Positions 28,201 to 38,322 of a stretch of DNA of 54,889 nucleotides are shown piece by piece. Made by a program: the position numbers and the translations under genes. Source of the DNA: a virus. Lineage: Duplodnaviria; Caudoviricetes. The notes below the pieces were generated by a model that saw only the letters and a program-made list of their open reading frames with translations, did not search any database and had not been told where the DNA came from. Every line of letters begins with the position of its first letter. Within the stretch, counting starts at the first letter, position 1. The stretch is from positions 1-54,889 of IMG/VR virus record IMGVR_UViG_3300037869_000003. One strand, 5' to 3'.

Positions 28201-29189
28201 CCATAAAAAGGATGATGTTTTGGGATAAGGTGCTTACTTTCTTTCAAGAGCGTAAATGTGGCCAAACTGGTGTGTATAAGAAATTCATAACTGACACATC
28301 CGGTAATCAACAGCTTATTACATCTACAGACATAATAACTGAAAATAATGTTCAGTATTATGCTGGAGATTTCGGTGTTGGGAATCAACCTGATTCGGTG
28401 GTGCAAAGCGGGTTTGTATATTATTTTGCAGATCCTGTAAAAGGTAAGCAATGTAGATTGAGTAGGGATGGCATAACCGATTTATCTGAGACGTATAAAA
28501 CAATGACATGGAGTACTCAAAATATTTCAAAATATTTAAAAGACTATACGTATATATATGGCGGCATTTCAAGGATAACCGGTACTTTTAACATTAGGAA
28601 AGATAATGTAGGTGAATATTTATGTGTATTACAGCCTGGGACGATTCCTGGGGTTGCTGTCCTTGGTCAGACAATGGCTTTCGATGAAACAAGAAACAGT
28701 TTCACTTCAATTTATAGCTTCCCTCCAGAATGTATATCGTGCGCAGAGAATACTTTATATAGTTGGAGGAATGGTAAGATGTATGCGCATGATCAGAATG
28801 GAGCTGGCGCAATGAATAGATTCTATGGAGTCTCATTTGACTCAACTATAACTAGATCGTTTAATTCCGGGTTGATTGAGAAAAAGAGCTGGATGAGTAT
28901 AACAGAGATAGCTAATTCTATTTGGGTGTGTCCGACTATATACACAAACTATATGAGCTATGGGAATACTCCTCAGCAAAGCAATTTAGTTAATGAAGAT
29001 TTTGCAGATATAGAATCAACGTATTCTGCACCATTTTGGGGGGATTTAAATTCAATAGGTGGAATTTTAGGAGATGTGCTTAAGGGAAATCTAATCGTGA
29101 TAAAATTCAGAGCTACAAATCCTAATAGCTTATCAACTTTAACGTCGGTGAATCTATATTTTATAGATTCACCATTTACAAATAGATAA
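25296..29189 (+). CDS. tail muzzle/stabilisation protein (crAss muzzle, P22 gp10-like)
   Basis: 1297 aa, beta-rich; GVLNYDD N-terminus; C-terminal YGAIKRM, GDFGVGNQPDS, RLSRDGIT and LKG motifs. Confidence 0.75.
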   Translation: MVQAFPFAGVLNYDDPDEVIPSVHHKDALNIVFKGTLPNLRAENTPGTRELVNPFLINDGANLTIGRFYDSVKKRIFFFNYRPDNKKAIYMFDTVAQVFYRIVEEGINASVGALDFTAANPIIHANVIYGDAVQGDILYYLNSFGVPKKINIDRALTGGYGTIIPQYLDVAKQPSDTPPYVAYENDPANTINNVRKKLFRFKIRWVFDDQDKSVTSSQSEMPLPLNAFDQSIDTDPTKNCRIAVVYKTGPSNVKKIEILVSNSLGVTMSDWYLVASLDKSVEGILDNDISTFLFYNDRAYTDIDIKESVQLFDLVPIKAGAQIVLNGNVLDYGNITEGYANLTNFGDGTNISSISNSSVPYYYGIYYGLLASNINGITSNNIHIAVRGIMIIGDVYTIYFDDASNISYTVLSGDDSAAVIEGLRVNAIADGFTIISSSANDLYIFKLGVGLLRSIITNSAYSVNSALNTSFNAYDWNSKYAFGLVYFDAKGRTNGVVYTSGFSVQSNSYTESSPTGDITKFNASIYHQPPDWSYYYQWVRTKNLSKSGFVQWISDRTFKDITTVSGLIKYAYISIESLRQFGINNPGSPLGYSFTTGDRIRFFKRDNPDGTTANLYGATKDFEIIGSIIGPTINGDTKSGQFIKIILPATDGAFDFGSTGFDNYFIELYTPAQAVANNLNVYYEYGEKYAIFNPTLSGRVHQGELQDQIYLSQPATFEFYKGDDYVRLRSIQTGNVYTWDIPTTNANGFRFLVPLNFISSTFTDANVTPHSVAYAGVGNAFNPTTDNRWFQSASLITTFKVGGSFSVTFPTARAGDSWRLRVQNRFGDSSTLAVFDASNAGTYTFPLTLFNNPDGSITDTVTLDNDHIFLLFECINNNSDRQCTFLATNLTLTVDHVIAQRCIDPNFSDYFSSSVNSNGRAFDYEPNANQVTYPVMHRWSLAFQRDTNINQTCRFYSQNSDELVREYGAIKRMMFWDKVLTFFQERKCGQTGVYKKFITDTSGNQQLITSTDIITENNVQYYAGDFGVGNQPDSVVQSGFVYYFADPVKGKQCRLSRDGITDLSETYKTMTWSTQNISKYLKDYTYIYGGISRITGTFNIRKDNVGEYLCVLQPGTIPGVAVLGQTMAFDETRNSFTSIYSFPPECISCAENTLYSWRNGKMYAHDQNGAGAMNRFYGVSFDSTITRSFNSGLIEKKSWMSITEIANSIWVCPTIYTNYMSYGNTPQQSNLVNEDFADIESTYSAPFWGDLNSIGGILGDVLKGNLIVIKFRATNPNSLSTLTSVNLYFIDSPFTNR

Positions 29190-29200
29190 ATTATATACAT

Positions 29201-29860
29201 ATGGGGCCAATGGATATATTATCAGGTGCGCAGGCTGTAGGCGGATTAATCCAAACTGGGGTTGGATTAATTGGGGCGAGAAAGGCGAGAAAGCAACTTG
29301 AAGGATTGCAAACGCCTACTTATACTCCAGCTAAAAGTATTTCCGATTATTATAATCAGGCATTAAGCCGATACCAGCAATCTCCGCAGCAAAGCAATCT
29401 ATATAAAATGCAGGCTCAAAATATTGCTAGGGGAACGGCCCAGGGTATTGCTGGATTACAAGATAGGCGAAGTGCTTTATCTGGTATCTCTGGTTTAATT
29501 CAGGGGCAAAATGATGCACAATTAAAAGCGTTGTCTGCTGCCGAGCAAGATCAGAGTCAGAAATTTTCACAGTTGGGAGCGGCATCACAAGCGATGGGTG
29601 CTGAAGAAAGGCAAGCATTTAATATAAATAAAATGATGCCTTATGAAAAACAATACAATTTATTAGCTATGAAAGCACAGGCTAATAACCAATTGACTAA
29701 TGCAGGGCTGCAAAATATTTATGGGGCCGGGCAATCATATTTGATGGGCAAGTCAATGTCTAGTGATCAGACAACATCCCCGGTTGATTATAGTAAATAT
29801 GAATATGGTAATCCACATGCTTCAACATATAAAGTACCATTAGCTAAATATGGCGGTTAA
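29201..29860 (+). CDS. ejection/cargo protein 1 (putative)
   Basis: G/A-rich amphipathic N-terminus and Q/A-rich helices, directly after the muzzle gene. Confidence 0.6.
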   Translation: MGPMDILSGAQAVGGLIQTGVGLIGARKARKQLEGLQTPTYTPAKSISDYYNQALSRYQQSPQQSNLYKMQAQNIARGTAQGIAGLQDRRSALSGISGLIQGQNDAQLKALSAAEQDQSQKFSQLGAASQAMGAEERQAFNINKMMPYEKQYNLLAMKAQANNQLTNAGLQNIYGAGQSYLMGKSMSSDQTTSPVDYSKYEYGNPHASTYKVPLAKYGG

Positions 29861-31349
29861 TTATAACATAAATCCCTATCAGGCAGGAGCTGTAGTCTTT
29901 GACCAAAAACCGTATCTAGCGTTCTATGAGCGCCAGATGGCTAGGGAGCAGGCAAAGAATGATGCCTTGGAGAATTATTTTAAGGATTTAAACAAGAATA
30001 TTACTAGTGCCGGAATGCGCTCTCAGGATGTGCCAACCTTGTTGCAAAAGAATAAGGATTGGCAAGAGCATTATATTCAAAACAAGGCCGCCATACTTAA
30101 TCCTAAACTTGATAATGGTGCCGCCTATAGTAAGTACATGAATGGCTACCAAGATCAACTGGCATTAGCTAATGAGAGTAAGGGCGCACAGAAAAATGCA
30201 GAAGAAGTTGGTAAGTTAAAATTCAATAAAGATTTTTCATATGTATTTGATGACCCTAATATAATTGATGATATACAGCACGATGCTTTACCAATAGGTC
30301 ATCCAGAAAGAAAATCTTTGGATGTTAATTCTATTGTCGTTCCTCCTAAACCGATAGGCACTAAAGAGAGGGAAGAATTTTCAAAATATGTAGTTGGGGA
30401 AATAAAGCCAGATAAAATACGCGGCAACACGGTAGATGTAGGAAATTTTCAAACCCAAACTCCGGTTACGCATCAGTATAGTGACCAAAATAAAATTATT
30501 TTTGGGCAAAAAGCATCTGATATTTACGATACTGATAAGAGTTGGAGAGTAGAGGCGAATAAAATGTTCAAAGAATTACAGCATGACCCTGTGCAGTATC
30601 AGCAATTAAATAATATTTACAAAAGATATTATGGGAATGAAATAGATTCTCCAAAGGAAGCGTTCATGGCTAAAACAATATTAGATCATGATATTAAGAG
30701 TATTGAATATGAAAAAGGAGAAGATATATTTGGTAGAGAGAAGGCTATGGAGGCAATAAGGCATGCCAATTCAAGGGATTTAATAGACTATAGAAAAAAA
30801 ATAGATCCTAATGATACTGAGTTAAACAATGTATGGTATGAGTCCTATTTGGATAAGCTAATGTCAGATGCAAAGAAATCTGGCGAAAGGCATCATGTGT
30901 ATAATCCAAGAACAGGGAAATCTGAACTATATTACAACATGATTAAACCTGATCCATTCTTGTTAAAGTCACTTAGCATAGGGGATGTTACTCCTGATAG
31001 GGTTGGGGTAACCGAATCTGGGGATCTAATACCAATATTTATAAAATATGATAAGGATGGCAATATGATTAAAACTGAATCAGGGACTCCTGCATTACAT
31101 GAAAATTATAGCCAGCCAATGACAAGAGAGCAGGCATTAGTCAACATGGGTTACAGGGGAAGTACAAAAAAGCAATTAAAAGAAGATCAGCAAAAAATAC
31201 AATCACAGGGTAGTGCAAAATTACCAGTGGCCCCGTCGGGCACTAAAAAATATAACATAGACGGGAAGATATATACCCATGATCAATTAAGGAAGATGTA
31301 TTCTGAAGATAAAATAAAACAATATCTTGACGCAGGAATAATAAAATAA
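29850..31349 (+). CDS. ejection/cargo protein 2 (putative)
   Basis: 499-aa helical protein in the ejection cluster. Confidence 0.55.
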   Translation: MAVNYNINPYQAGAVVFDQKPYLAFYERQMAREQAKNDALENYFKDLNKNITSAGMRSQDVPTLLQKNKDWQEHYIQNKAAILNPKLDNGAAYSKYMNGYQDQLALANESKGAQKNAEEVGKLKFNKDFSYVFDDPNIIDDIQHDALPIGHPERKSLDVNSIVVPPKPIGTKEREEFSKYVVGEIKPDKIRGNTVDVGNFQTQTPVTHQYSDQNKIIFGQKASDIYDTDKSWRVEANKMFKELQHDPVQYQQLNNIYKRYYGNEIDSPKEAFMAKTILDHDIKSIEYEKGEDIFGREKAMEAIRHANSRDLIDYRKKIDPNDTELNNVWYESYLDKLMSDAKKSGERHHVYNPRTGKSELYYNMIKPDPFLLKSLSIGDVTPDRVGVTESGDLIPIFIKYDKDGNMIKTESGTPALHENYSQPMTREQALVNMGYRGSTKKQLKEDQQKIQSQGSAKLPVAPSGTKKYNIDGKIYTHDQLRKMYSEDKIKQYLDAGIIK

Positions 31350-34300
31350 ATGGCAGAAGAATCAGCGACATATGACCAAATAGGTGGGCCAGGTGACCCA
31401 GACCCATTAGGGCTAGATAAAAAGTTGGCTCAGTTAAATTCAAAGGCTGATCCTTTAGGGTTAGAAACTAAATTACGCGCCGCCCAACAACCTAAACAAG
31501 AACAGCCAGCATTTAAATTATTAGACCCTACTTTTAGGTCAATCCCAAGAGAATCGGTAGTTGTGCCATCTGCGCCAAATGAAAAAATAAACATCTCGCA
31601 GGGTGAAGTTAAATATATCCCAGACGAAAAAACACATGAGCTACAGAGACAGCAAGGGAGGGCTAAAGTAGCTCATGAAAAAGTTAATACAGCCTTAGTT
31701 GGCAACGACGCTCAGTATGAAAAGAAATTGAGAGAAAGCAGAAGGGATAATTATACTGTAGAATCACTTAGGAATGATTATAAACAAAAAGGAATAATTC
31801 TTTCTCCACAAGATGAACAAAAGGCTCTGCAAAGAGAAAAAGAAAGATTGTATAATCTTCCTGTGACAAGCGATGAATTAACTGATTTCAAAACAGGTAC
31901 AATACTTACTCCTAAGCTGTCAAGAAAATTCATAAAGGATCTGAATGACAAGGAGGTGGCCGAAAGTGCATATCAAGTAGATAAATTCAATGAGCTAGCC
32001 AATGATCCAGACCCAAATGCCCATAAGAGAATAGAGAAAATTAATGAAGTCGCAAAAGGTATAAAGAAAGGCACCTACGTATACGATCCAGAGACTAAGA
32101 CTGTAGTTCAGCCTATGGGAATGATCGGTTCTATTATAGAAGGGGTTAAGAATAAATTCAAAGCTGACGAGGAACATGATTTCCTAAAAAATACATCTAA
32201 CGATGCTGCTGTCGTCATGGAGTTAGAGAATGAGCGGAATAACCCTGATGTGGATCAGCCCATAAAAGTACCAAGGGGGAAATTAAATGAGGCGCTAAAT
32301 ACTATTGCTGAAATGCCAATAACGCCAATAGTGGCCGGAGTTGCTGGAACTGTTGGGGGCACATTTATTGGTAACCCGGAGTTGGGAACAGCAGCCGCTG
32401 CTTCACTTTTGGCATACGAAAACAGGAGGGCTCAGTATAGAGCCACCTTCAAGCAGGTATATAATGAACTGCGGGATCAGGGAAGGCCGGAATTTGAGGC
32501 TTTGAATGAAGCCAGGAACCAAGCCGAGAATGCCCAAGAAATAGGGACTGTAGTAGGTGCTGCTCAGGGGTTAATTGGAGCTAAGATTGCAGAAATACCC
32601 ATCAATGGAACAACATTCAACTTGGGGTATCAAAAAGCAGTTGGGCAGTTTCTTAAAAATAACGGAGTCGAATTTGGTAAAATTGCGCTTGATGCAGCGG
32701 CTCAGGGCGGCTTAGGTGCTGCTGGAGAAATAGCGAAGAATAAATTAGCTCAAGCTGCGGGTATCAAAAGAGATTGGGATGCCGGTGCTGCTGATGCCTT
32801 TTATGGAAATGCTATCATGGCTGGTGGGATTGGGGCTGCGTTGAAGCTTGGCCGTGGTCTTAGTAAAATAAATTATAAGACTATTCTTAATGGACTTACT
32901 AAAAGTGTTCCAGAAGAAGCAATAAATTCAACATTACAAGAGAAAGTTACATCAGGAGAAATAACACAAGATGCGGCTAATCAAGCATTGACTGAGATAA
33001 ATGACTATAAGGCCAAGGATGCGCAAATACCGCCTAATGTAACCGAAGAAGCCAGATTTAAGATTCAGGACAATATTGATAAGATCAATGAATTGGAGCA
33101 ACAAAAGGAGCAAATGCATAAGTCATTGCAAGGGCCAATAAAAGAACAGATTGATAAATTAGTTGATGAAAATTTAGCGTTATCCAAAGAAACAGTTAAG
33201 CAAGAAAAACCCGTATCTGGATTAAGTAAAGATAAAGAGAAGGAGGCTATTGATTTTGCTCATGAGCTTGTTGACGAAGGTATTCTGCCAGATACATATG
33301 CCCCCGAAGTTAAAAAAGATCCAATAAAATTCTGGCAGACAATAGCCCAACAAGCGCAAAATAGAGATGAAAATTGGAAGCCATTAGCTAATCCATTAGA
33401 CGAACAAGCGGTTAAGGATAATTACGGTGAAACAGTAGTGGATTATGCTAAGGAGTTGTTCCCTGCGCCTGAAGTTGCAGAATCAAAAATATCAGTTATC
33501 CAGCCAGGAGAAATACAACGTCCTGAAGTAAGAACTATTGCCCCAAGAGAGCAGCCAAAAGAAGTAAAATCTACAAAGAACGTTTCGGTTATTATGCCGG
33601 GGGAAGCAGGCGCAGGCAAGGTTAGTGCAGAGCAGGTAGGCCATGTGGAGGTTAGTGAACATGGGGAGGATGCAAAAACCGCTGCCGGTAAAGAAAACGG
33701 GATAGGGCCATCTCCATTAACTGAAGATGGGATGAAAGAGGCTAAACAATTAGGCCAATACATAGCGGATAACAACAAGAGTAAAATAATAACTAGTGAA
33801 GTAGAGCGTGGGCTTCAAACTGCTGAAGAAGCAGCTAAAGAAGCAAAAAGAATAACCGGTAAAGAAGTACCTATTGAGCGGAATGAATTACTGAATACGG
33901 CTAACATAGGAAGCGATGAGGGCAAGCCAGAAGGCACATTCAAAGAGAAGGAATGGTTTGAAGGTAAATACATGCCGGATGGCGCTGAATCTCCTGAAAG
34001 CTTCAAGGCTAGAATGGAGAAGGCGTACGAGTATGTAAAGTCATTGCCGGAAGATACTCATGTGGTGAGTCATAGTAAGGTAATGAGAGCACTGGATGCC
34101 CTATCTAAAACAGACGGTAAATGGACTGATGAAACAACTGAAATATTCTTAAAAAATAAAGAATTAACACATGCCATACAAGAGCCTAGCGCAAGCGGCT
34201 TACTTCAACATTCACAAGAAGGAGCTGGAGCGAAAGGGGGTGAACGTGGAGGAGTGGAACCAGGCCAGCAAGGGGAAGTCCCTGCCGGAACACACCCAGA

Positions 34301-37031
34301 AGAAGAAGGTAAAGATACGGGTAAAGAAGGGGTAGCTGATTTGAAAATTGATGAGGTGTATGAATTGCCATTCATAGAGGAGCCTGGAGATAAGAAAACG
34401 GGGATAAAAAACGTAATATCCAAGGCAACTAGATTTGAAAGAAAGTTGCCATCGGTTGAAGTGGGCAAGCTGGGTACGGATCAGCAGGTAGTATTGGAAG
34501 GTAAGAGTTTAGTGGATAACAATGTGATTAACCCGATAAATGTTGTTAACCGGATTTTGGACACGAAAGAGGGGATGCAGCCGGATGAGGCAAAAGCTAT
34601 GCTGTACTACATGCATCAATTGGCACAACATGATGCTAACCTGCGTGAAAGATTAGCAAATGCTACCACAGATACAGAGAAGGCTGAATTAAACGGGCAA
34701 TTGCAGCAGTTATCTGATGAAATAGATGCAGCAACGCAAGCTAATATTATTAGCGGCAAGGCGTGGTCTGATGTAGGTAACATACGTCAAATAGTAACAG
34801 ATAATGGGTTTAATCCGAGTAGGGACTTAGCTACTATAAAAGATGCATATGGGGGTAAGTTGCCAAAAGATGTACAAGACAGATTGAATCGAGCCTTAAA
34901 AGAAAGGGATGAAGCTTTAAATAGATTGGCCAAGCTTCAGGCGGAAGAAAAAAAGAAAGCTGTAGACGATACTATTAAGAAACAAGGAGCGCCTAAGAAC
35001 ACAAAGAAGACATCTACGGAGTTTAAGGCTGAAAGAAGTCAAATAAAGAAAGACATTCTCGATAAACTTAAGAAAGGAAGAACGGGAGAAAGCGGATTGA
35101 CGGCGGTTCCGTTACCGTTCGCCAAGGAACTTATTTCCATAACCCCAGAAATATTCAAATTAATAAAAAGTTATGCTGAAGAAGGGATACAAAAAACAGA
35201 AGAAGTAATTAATAGATTGCATGATGTTCTGAAGGATGAACTGGATGGCATAACAAAGGCAGATATTGTAAACTTGCTTGCAGGTAAATATAAGGAACAA
35301 GAAGGTGTTATTTCTCCAATTGCTCAGAGATTGCGTGATTTTAGAACTGAGGCGAACCTGTGGACTAAAATTTCAGAAGCCACCAAAATGGAAGAAGATA
35401 CACCACAGAAAAAGCAAGAGAAAAATAAAAAATTGCAAGATTTAAGAGATCGGCTTAATGAGATCCGGGAGAGAAATAAAGAAGCTATAGTTGTGGCAAA
35501 GGATATATTGATGACAGATGCGCAAAAAGAAGTAAAAAAACTTCAACAAAGAAGAAGAGGGCTGGAGAGTAGGTATAAGAATAAAAAATACTTACTACCT
35601 GCTGAAAAAAATAAAACGCCGTTTAGTGAAGAGATATTAAAAGAAAAGCAACGAATAATAAACGCTAATTACAAAATAAGAATAGAGAAAAGAAGGGCTT
35701 TTGAATCACAAAAGAGCATGTATCAAAAAGGATTAATGTGGGTGGGGAGGATGGTTAGACTATCCGTACTGAGCGGATACAATGTATTGGGGAAATTAGC
35801 TGCGGCTGCTACTGTTGGAGGCGCAGCAAAGCGTATCCCAGAGCAAATGATAGGTGCTATATACGGTCATGCCTTTAAAGGGATAGCCGAGAAGGCACCA
35901 ATAGAAGGATTTGTTAATGCCGGAGCGGAGGCTAAATTCTATAAAGAATTTCTCAACCCGAAGAAATTTGTGAAAAATTCTTGGGAAATCTTGAAAAGCG
36001 GCGAGTCGCCTCTGAGTAAAAAATTCTCTCCAGGCACTTATGAACATATCCCCGGTCTGTACCTGCCTACGGATTTACACCAAGTAATTAAAGATCCACT
36101 GAAGAGGGGTGTTTATGAGGCTTCATTAAAGAATGCATTGGTATGGGCGGAGAAAAATGGTTTGGATATTAATGATGATTTGGTGATTCAGTCCATAGAA
36201 ACGGCGGCATATAAGCGGGCGCAATATGAAATATTCCAAGAGCAAAATTGGCTTTCTAAAAAATTCGGAGAGTGGAAGCATAGTATGGATGAGGCTGGTA
36301 ATTTAGGCTCAACAGGCAAGTTTTTGGCAGATTTCATGATACCTGTGAGTACCGTTCCTACCAATATTGCACGTAGAATGGTAAGTACGTCGCCATTCGG
36401 CTTGATAAAGGGGAGCGTGGACGTAATAAATGCGTATCGGAAGGGCATTGAGAGCCTCGCGCCCGAGGAAGCGGATTCAGTAATGCGTCAACTGAAGCAA
36501 GGGACTCTGGGCACTGCATTGTGGCTAATAGGCTGGTATGGCTATTCTCAATTTGGCGGCCTATATAGCAAATTCAATCCGAACAAACAGCGAGATCAGG
36601 GTGACTTATCTTCTGATGAGATGTCGGTGGGGGGCAAGATGATTCCAAAGCCGGTTCAACATGCGTTGCCTTTAGAGATAATTCAATTTGCGGCAACCGC
36701 TAGAAGGGTGTATGATAATTACAGGGAAAACAAACATGCATCTACTCCTGAGGCTATTGAAAAGGCTGGATTGGCAAGCGTAGGCGCTCTTACAGAGCAA
36801 ATACCTGTGGTTGAAACCGTAGCACACACTATTGGCGCATTTAATAATCCGTATGAGGCGAAGAAGTTAGAAGAAGATGTGAAGAGAAGATTCCAGCCAC
36901 AAATATTAAAAGAGACAGGGGTTATAGGAGATAAGAAAGGCGGTTCTGGCGGTGGCGCTGGCGCAACAGGTTCTTTTGGAGGTCATAAAAAAACTCATAG
37001 AACATTACATAGTACACATAAAATACGTTAG
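31350..37031 (+). CDS. large ejection/cargo protein with an internal histidine-phosphatase-like domain
   Basis: 1893 aa; G/A-rich membrane-like segments; at ~33640-34160 SEHG, LTEDG..EA, SEVERGLQTA, GAESPESFKAR, VVSH. Confidence 0.7.
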   Translation: MAEESATYDQIGGPGDPDPLGLDKKLAQLNSKADPLGLETKLRAAQQPKQEQPAFKLLDPTFRSIPRESVVVPSAPNEKINISQGEVKYIPDEKTHELQRQQGRAKVAHEKVNTALVGNDAQYEKKLRESRRDNYTVESLRNDYKQKGIILSPQDEQKALQREKERLYNLPVTSDELTDFKTGTILTPKLSRKFIKDLNDKEVAESAYQVDKFNELANDPDPNAHKRIEKINEVAKGIKKGTYVYDPETKTVVQPMGMIGSIIEGVKNKFKADEEHDFLKNTSNDAAVVMELENERNNPDVDQPIKVPRGKLNEALNTIAEMPITPIVAGVAGTVGGTFIGNPELGTAAAASLLAYENRRAQYRATFKQVYNELRDQGRPEFEALNEARNQAENAQEIGTVVGAAQGLIGAKIAEIPINGTTFNLGYQKAVGQFLKNNGVEFGKIALDAAAQGGLGAAGEIAKNKLAQAAGIKRDWDAGAADAFYGNAIMAGGIGAALKLGRGLSKINYKTILNGLTKSVPEEAINSTLQEKVTSGEITQDAANQALTEINDYKAKDAQIPPNVTEEARFKIQDNIDKINELEQQKEQMHKSLQGPIKEQIDKLVDENLALSKETVKQEKPVSGLSKDKEKEAIDFAHELVDEGILPDTYAPEVKKDPIKFWQTIAQQAQNRDENWKPLANPLDEQAVKDNYGETVVDYAKELFPAPEVAESKISVIQPGEIQRPEVRTIAPREQPKEVKSTKNVSVIMPGEAGAGKVSAEQVGHVEVSEHGEDAKTAAGKENGIGPSPLTEDGMKEAKQLGQYIADNNKSKIITSEVERGLQTAEEAAKEAKRITGKEVPIERNELLNTANIGSDEGKPEGTFKEKEWFEGKYMPDGAESPESFKARMEKAYEYVKSLPEDTHVVSHSKVMRALDALSKTDGKWTDETTEIFLKNKELTHAIQEPSASGLLQHSQEGAGAKGGERGGVEPGQQGEVPAGTHPEEEGKDTGKEGVADLKIDEVYELPFIEEPGDKKTGIKNVISKATRFERKLPSVEVGKLGTDQQVVLEGKSLVDNNVINPINVVNRILDTKEGMQPDEAKAMLYYMHQLAQHDANLRERLANATTDTEKAELNGQLQQLSDEIDAATQANIISGKAWSDVGNIRQIVTDNGFNPSRDLATIKDAYGGKLPKDVQDRLNRALKERDEALNRLAKLQAEEKKKAVDDTIKKQGAPKNTKKTSTEFKAERSQIKKDILDKLKKGRTGESGLTAVPLPFAKELISITPEIFKLIKSYAEEGIQKTEEVINRLHDVLKDELDGITKADIVNLLAGKYKEQEGVISPIAQRLRDFRTEANLWTKISEATKMEEDTPQKKQEKNKKLQDLRDRLNEIRERNKEAIVVAKDILMTDAQKEVKKLQQRRRGLESRYKNKKYLLPAEKNKTPFSEEILKEKQRIINANYKIRIEKRRAFESQKSMYQKGLMWVGRMVRLSVLSGYNVLGKLAAAATVGGAAKRIPEQMIGAIYGHAFKGIAEKAPIEGFVNAGAEAKFYKEFLNPKKFVKNSWEILKSGESPLSKKFSPGTYEHIPGLYLPTDLHQVIKDPLKRGVYEASLKNALVWAEKNGLDINDDLVIQSIETAAYKRAQYEIFQEQNWLSKKFGEWKHSMDEAGNLGSTGKFLADFMIPVSTVPTNIARRMVSTSPFGLIKGSVDVINAYRKGIESLAPEEADSVMRQLKQGTLGTALWLIGWYGYSQFGGLYSKFNPNKQRDQGDLSSDEMSVGGKMIPKPVQHALPLEIIQFAATARRVYDNYRENKHASTPEAIEKAGLASVGALTEQIPVVETVAHTIGAFNNPYEAKKLEEDVKRRFQPQILKETGVIGDKKGGSGGGAGATGSFGGHKKTHRTLHSTHKIR

Positions 37032-37034
37032 GGC

Positions 37035-37511
37035 ATGGCAAAAATTATTATTAATGACCAACCTAAGCCTAAGCCGCTTTTTCTTACGAATAAGGCAGCA
37101 TATGTAGATAGTGTGTTAAATTCTAATAAGCATTTGGATTGGGTGAAAAGGCTATATGAGAAAAATGCTCCATCTATTCAAGTTCCAGGAGAGCCAGATA
37201 GGTCTACCCATCTTATGGGAGATGACGGGAAAGGGTATGTGTTCCCGACAATAGTTAGGATAAATGGGCAATTGAAGTATTTAGGGGATAATGCCGAAGA
37301 TTATGCTAGAGAAACTAATACGGGGATACAATTGCCAGAGAAAGAGGGGACTTGGTTTGCTAATAATGGCTATAAAATTGGGGCTAATGTAAATAACTCA
37401 ATTAGTCCTATGGGCACTCCTTATAATACCCCAAATGTGCAAGTGGATGATAAGGGAATGGTTATTTATCCTCAGCAGAAAAAAGTAATGATAAAAGTTA
37501 AAAAACATTAA
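37035..37511 (+). CDS. hypothetical virion-associated protein
   Basis: 158 aa; STHLM..VFPTI motif; ends in KVMIKVKKH. Confidence 0.6.
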   Translation: MAKIIINDQPKPKPLFLTNKAAYVDSVLNSNKHLDWVKRLYEKNAPSIQVPGEPDRSTHLMGDDGKGYVFPTIVRINGQLKYLGDNAEDYARETNTGIQLPEKEGTWFANNGYKIGANVNNSISPMGTPYNTPNVQVDDKGMVIYPQQKKVMIKVKKH

Positions 37512-37514
37512 TAT

Positions 37515-38288
37515 ATGGCAAAGGTAATGCTTAAAGTAAATGGAGATAAGGGAGGGGGCCCGGAACCTAAAAAGGTTGTAATCCCTGGGCATGAAGATAC
37601 TCCACTTTATATGCCAACCGATAACACAGATGGGCGAATACTCCTGACAGATAACAGATCCGTAAATCCGGCGACGGGACAACCTTTTGGGAAGGACAGA
37701 ATGGGAACAAAGACAATGAGGGTACACCCTAACATAATAAAGGCAATAGTAGCCCATGCAAAAGCAAAGGGGATTGATCCTTACGATGCCCTAGCGATTC
37801 CTTACCAAGAAACCGGATTTGGGGCTGCCGGAACCGGCTTGGGAGAAAACAAAGATTATTTTCCAGATAAGGGGGTTGAAGATAATTTTGATAATCTAGA
37901 TGAGGCAAATATGAATATGGAGGCTAATGCTATGGTAAAGGCTATGGCTGATAAATTTAAATACGCTAAAAGTCTTGGTTTCGCAAATAAAGGGAAAGAT
38001 TATATGTTTCAGGCGTATAATGGTTACGGCAAATTAAGGCCGCAGGCCGGAGAACATACCACTTCTTTCTATGGTATTCCTGTATCGCATGATAATCCAT
38101 TGGATATGGCTAGAAATCCTGTGTATGGGCGCGTGGTTTCTTCATTGAGAAATGTTTTGGCGAGTAACCCCCAAGTTAAAAAAATAGTAGAGACAACCCC
38201 TGCGTTTAAAAGCGTATGGGATCAGCCGCAGCAATCACAGGAGCCGCCACAAGCTGCGCGAAAAGTGATGCTTAAAGTGAGTAAATAA
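37515..38288 (+). CDS. virion-associated lytic transglycosylase (SLT/lysozyme-like)
   Basis: AKAKGIDPYDALAIPYQETGFG (catalytic E) and QAYNGYG. Confidence 0.7.
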   Translation: MAKVMLKVNGDKGGGPEPKKVVIPGHEDTPLYMPTDNTDGRILLTDNRSVNPATGQPFGKDRMGTKTMRVHPNIIKAIVAHAKAKGIDPYDALAIPYQETGFGAAGTGLGENKDYFPDKGVEDNFDNLDEANMNMEANAMVKAMADKFKYAKSLGFANKGKDYMFQAYNGYGKLRPQAGEHTTSFYGIPVSHDNPLDMARNPVYGRVVSSLRNVLASNPQVKKIVETTPAFKSVWDQPQQSQEPPQAARKVMLKVSK

Positions 38289-38322
38289 AACAGTATTTTT
38301 ATATAACAATTAACTGATTTGT

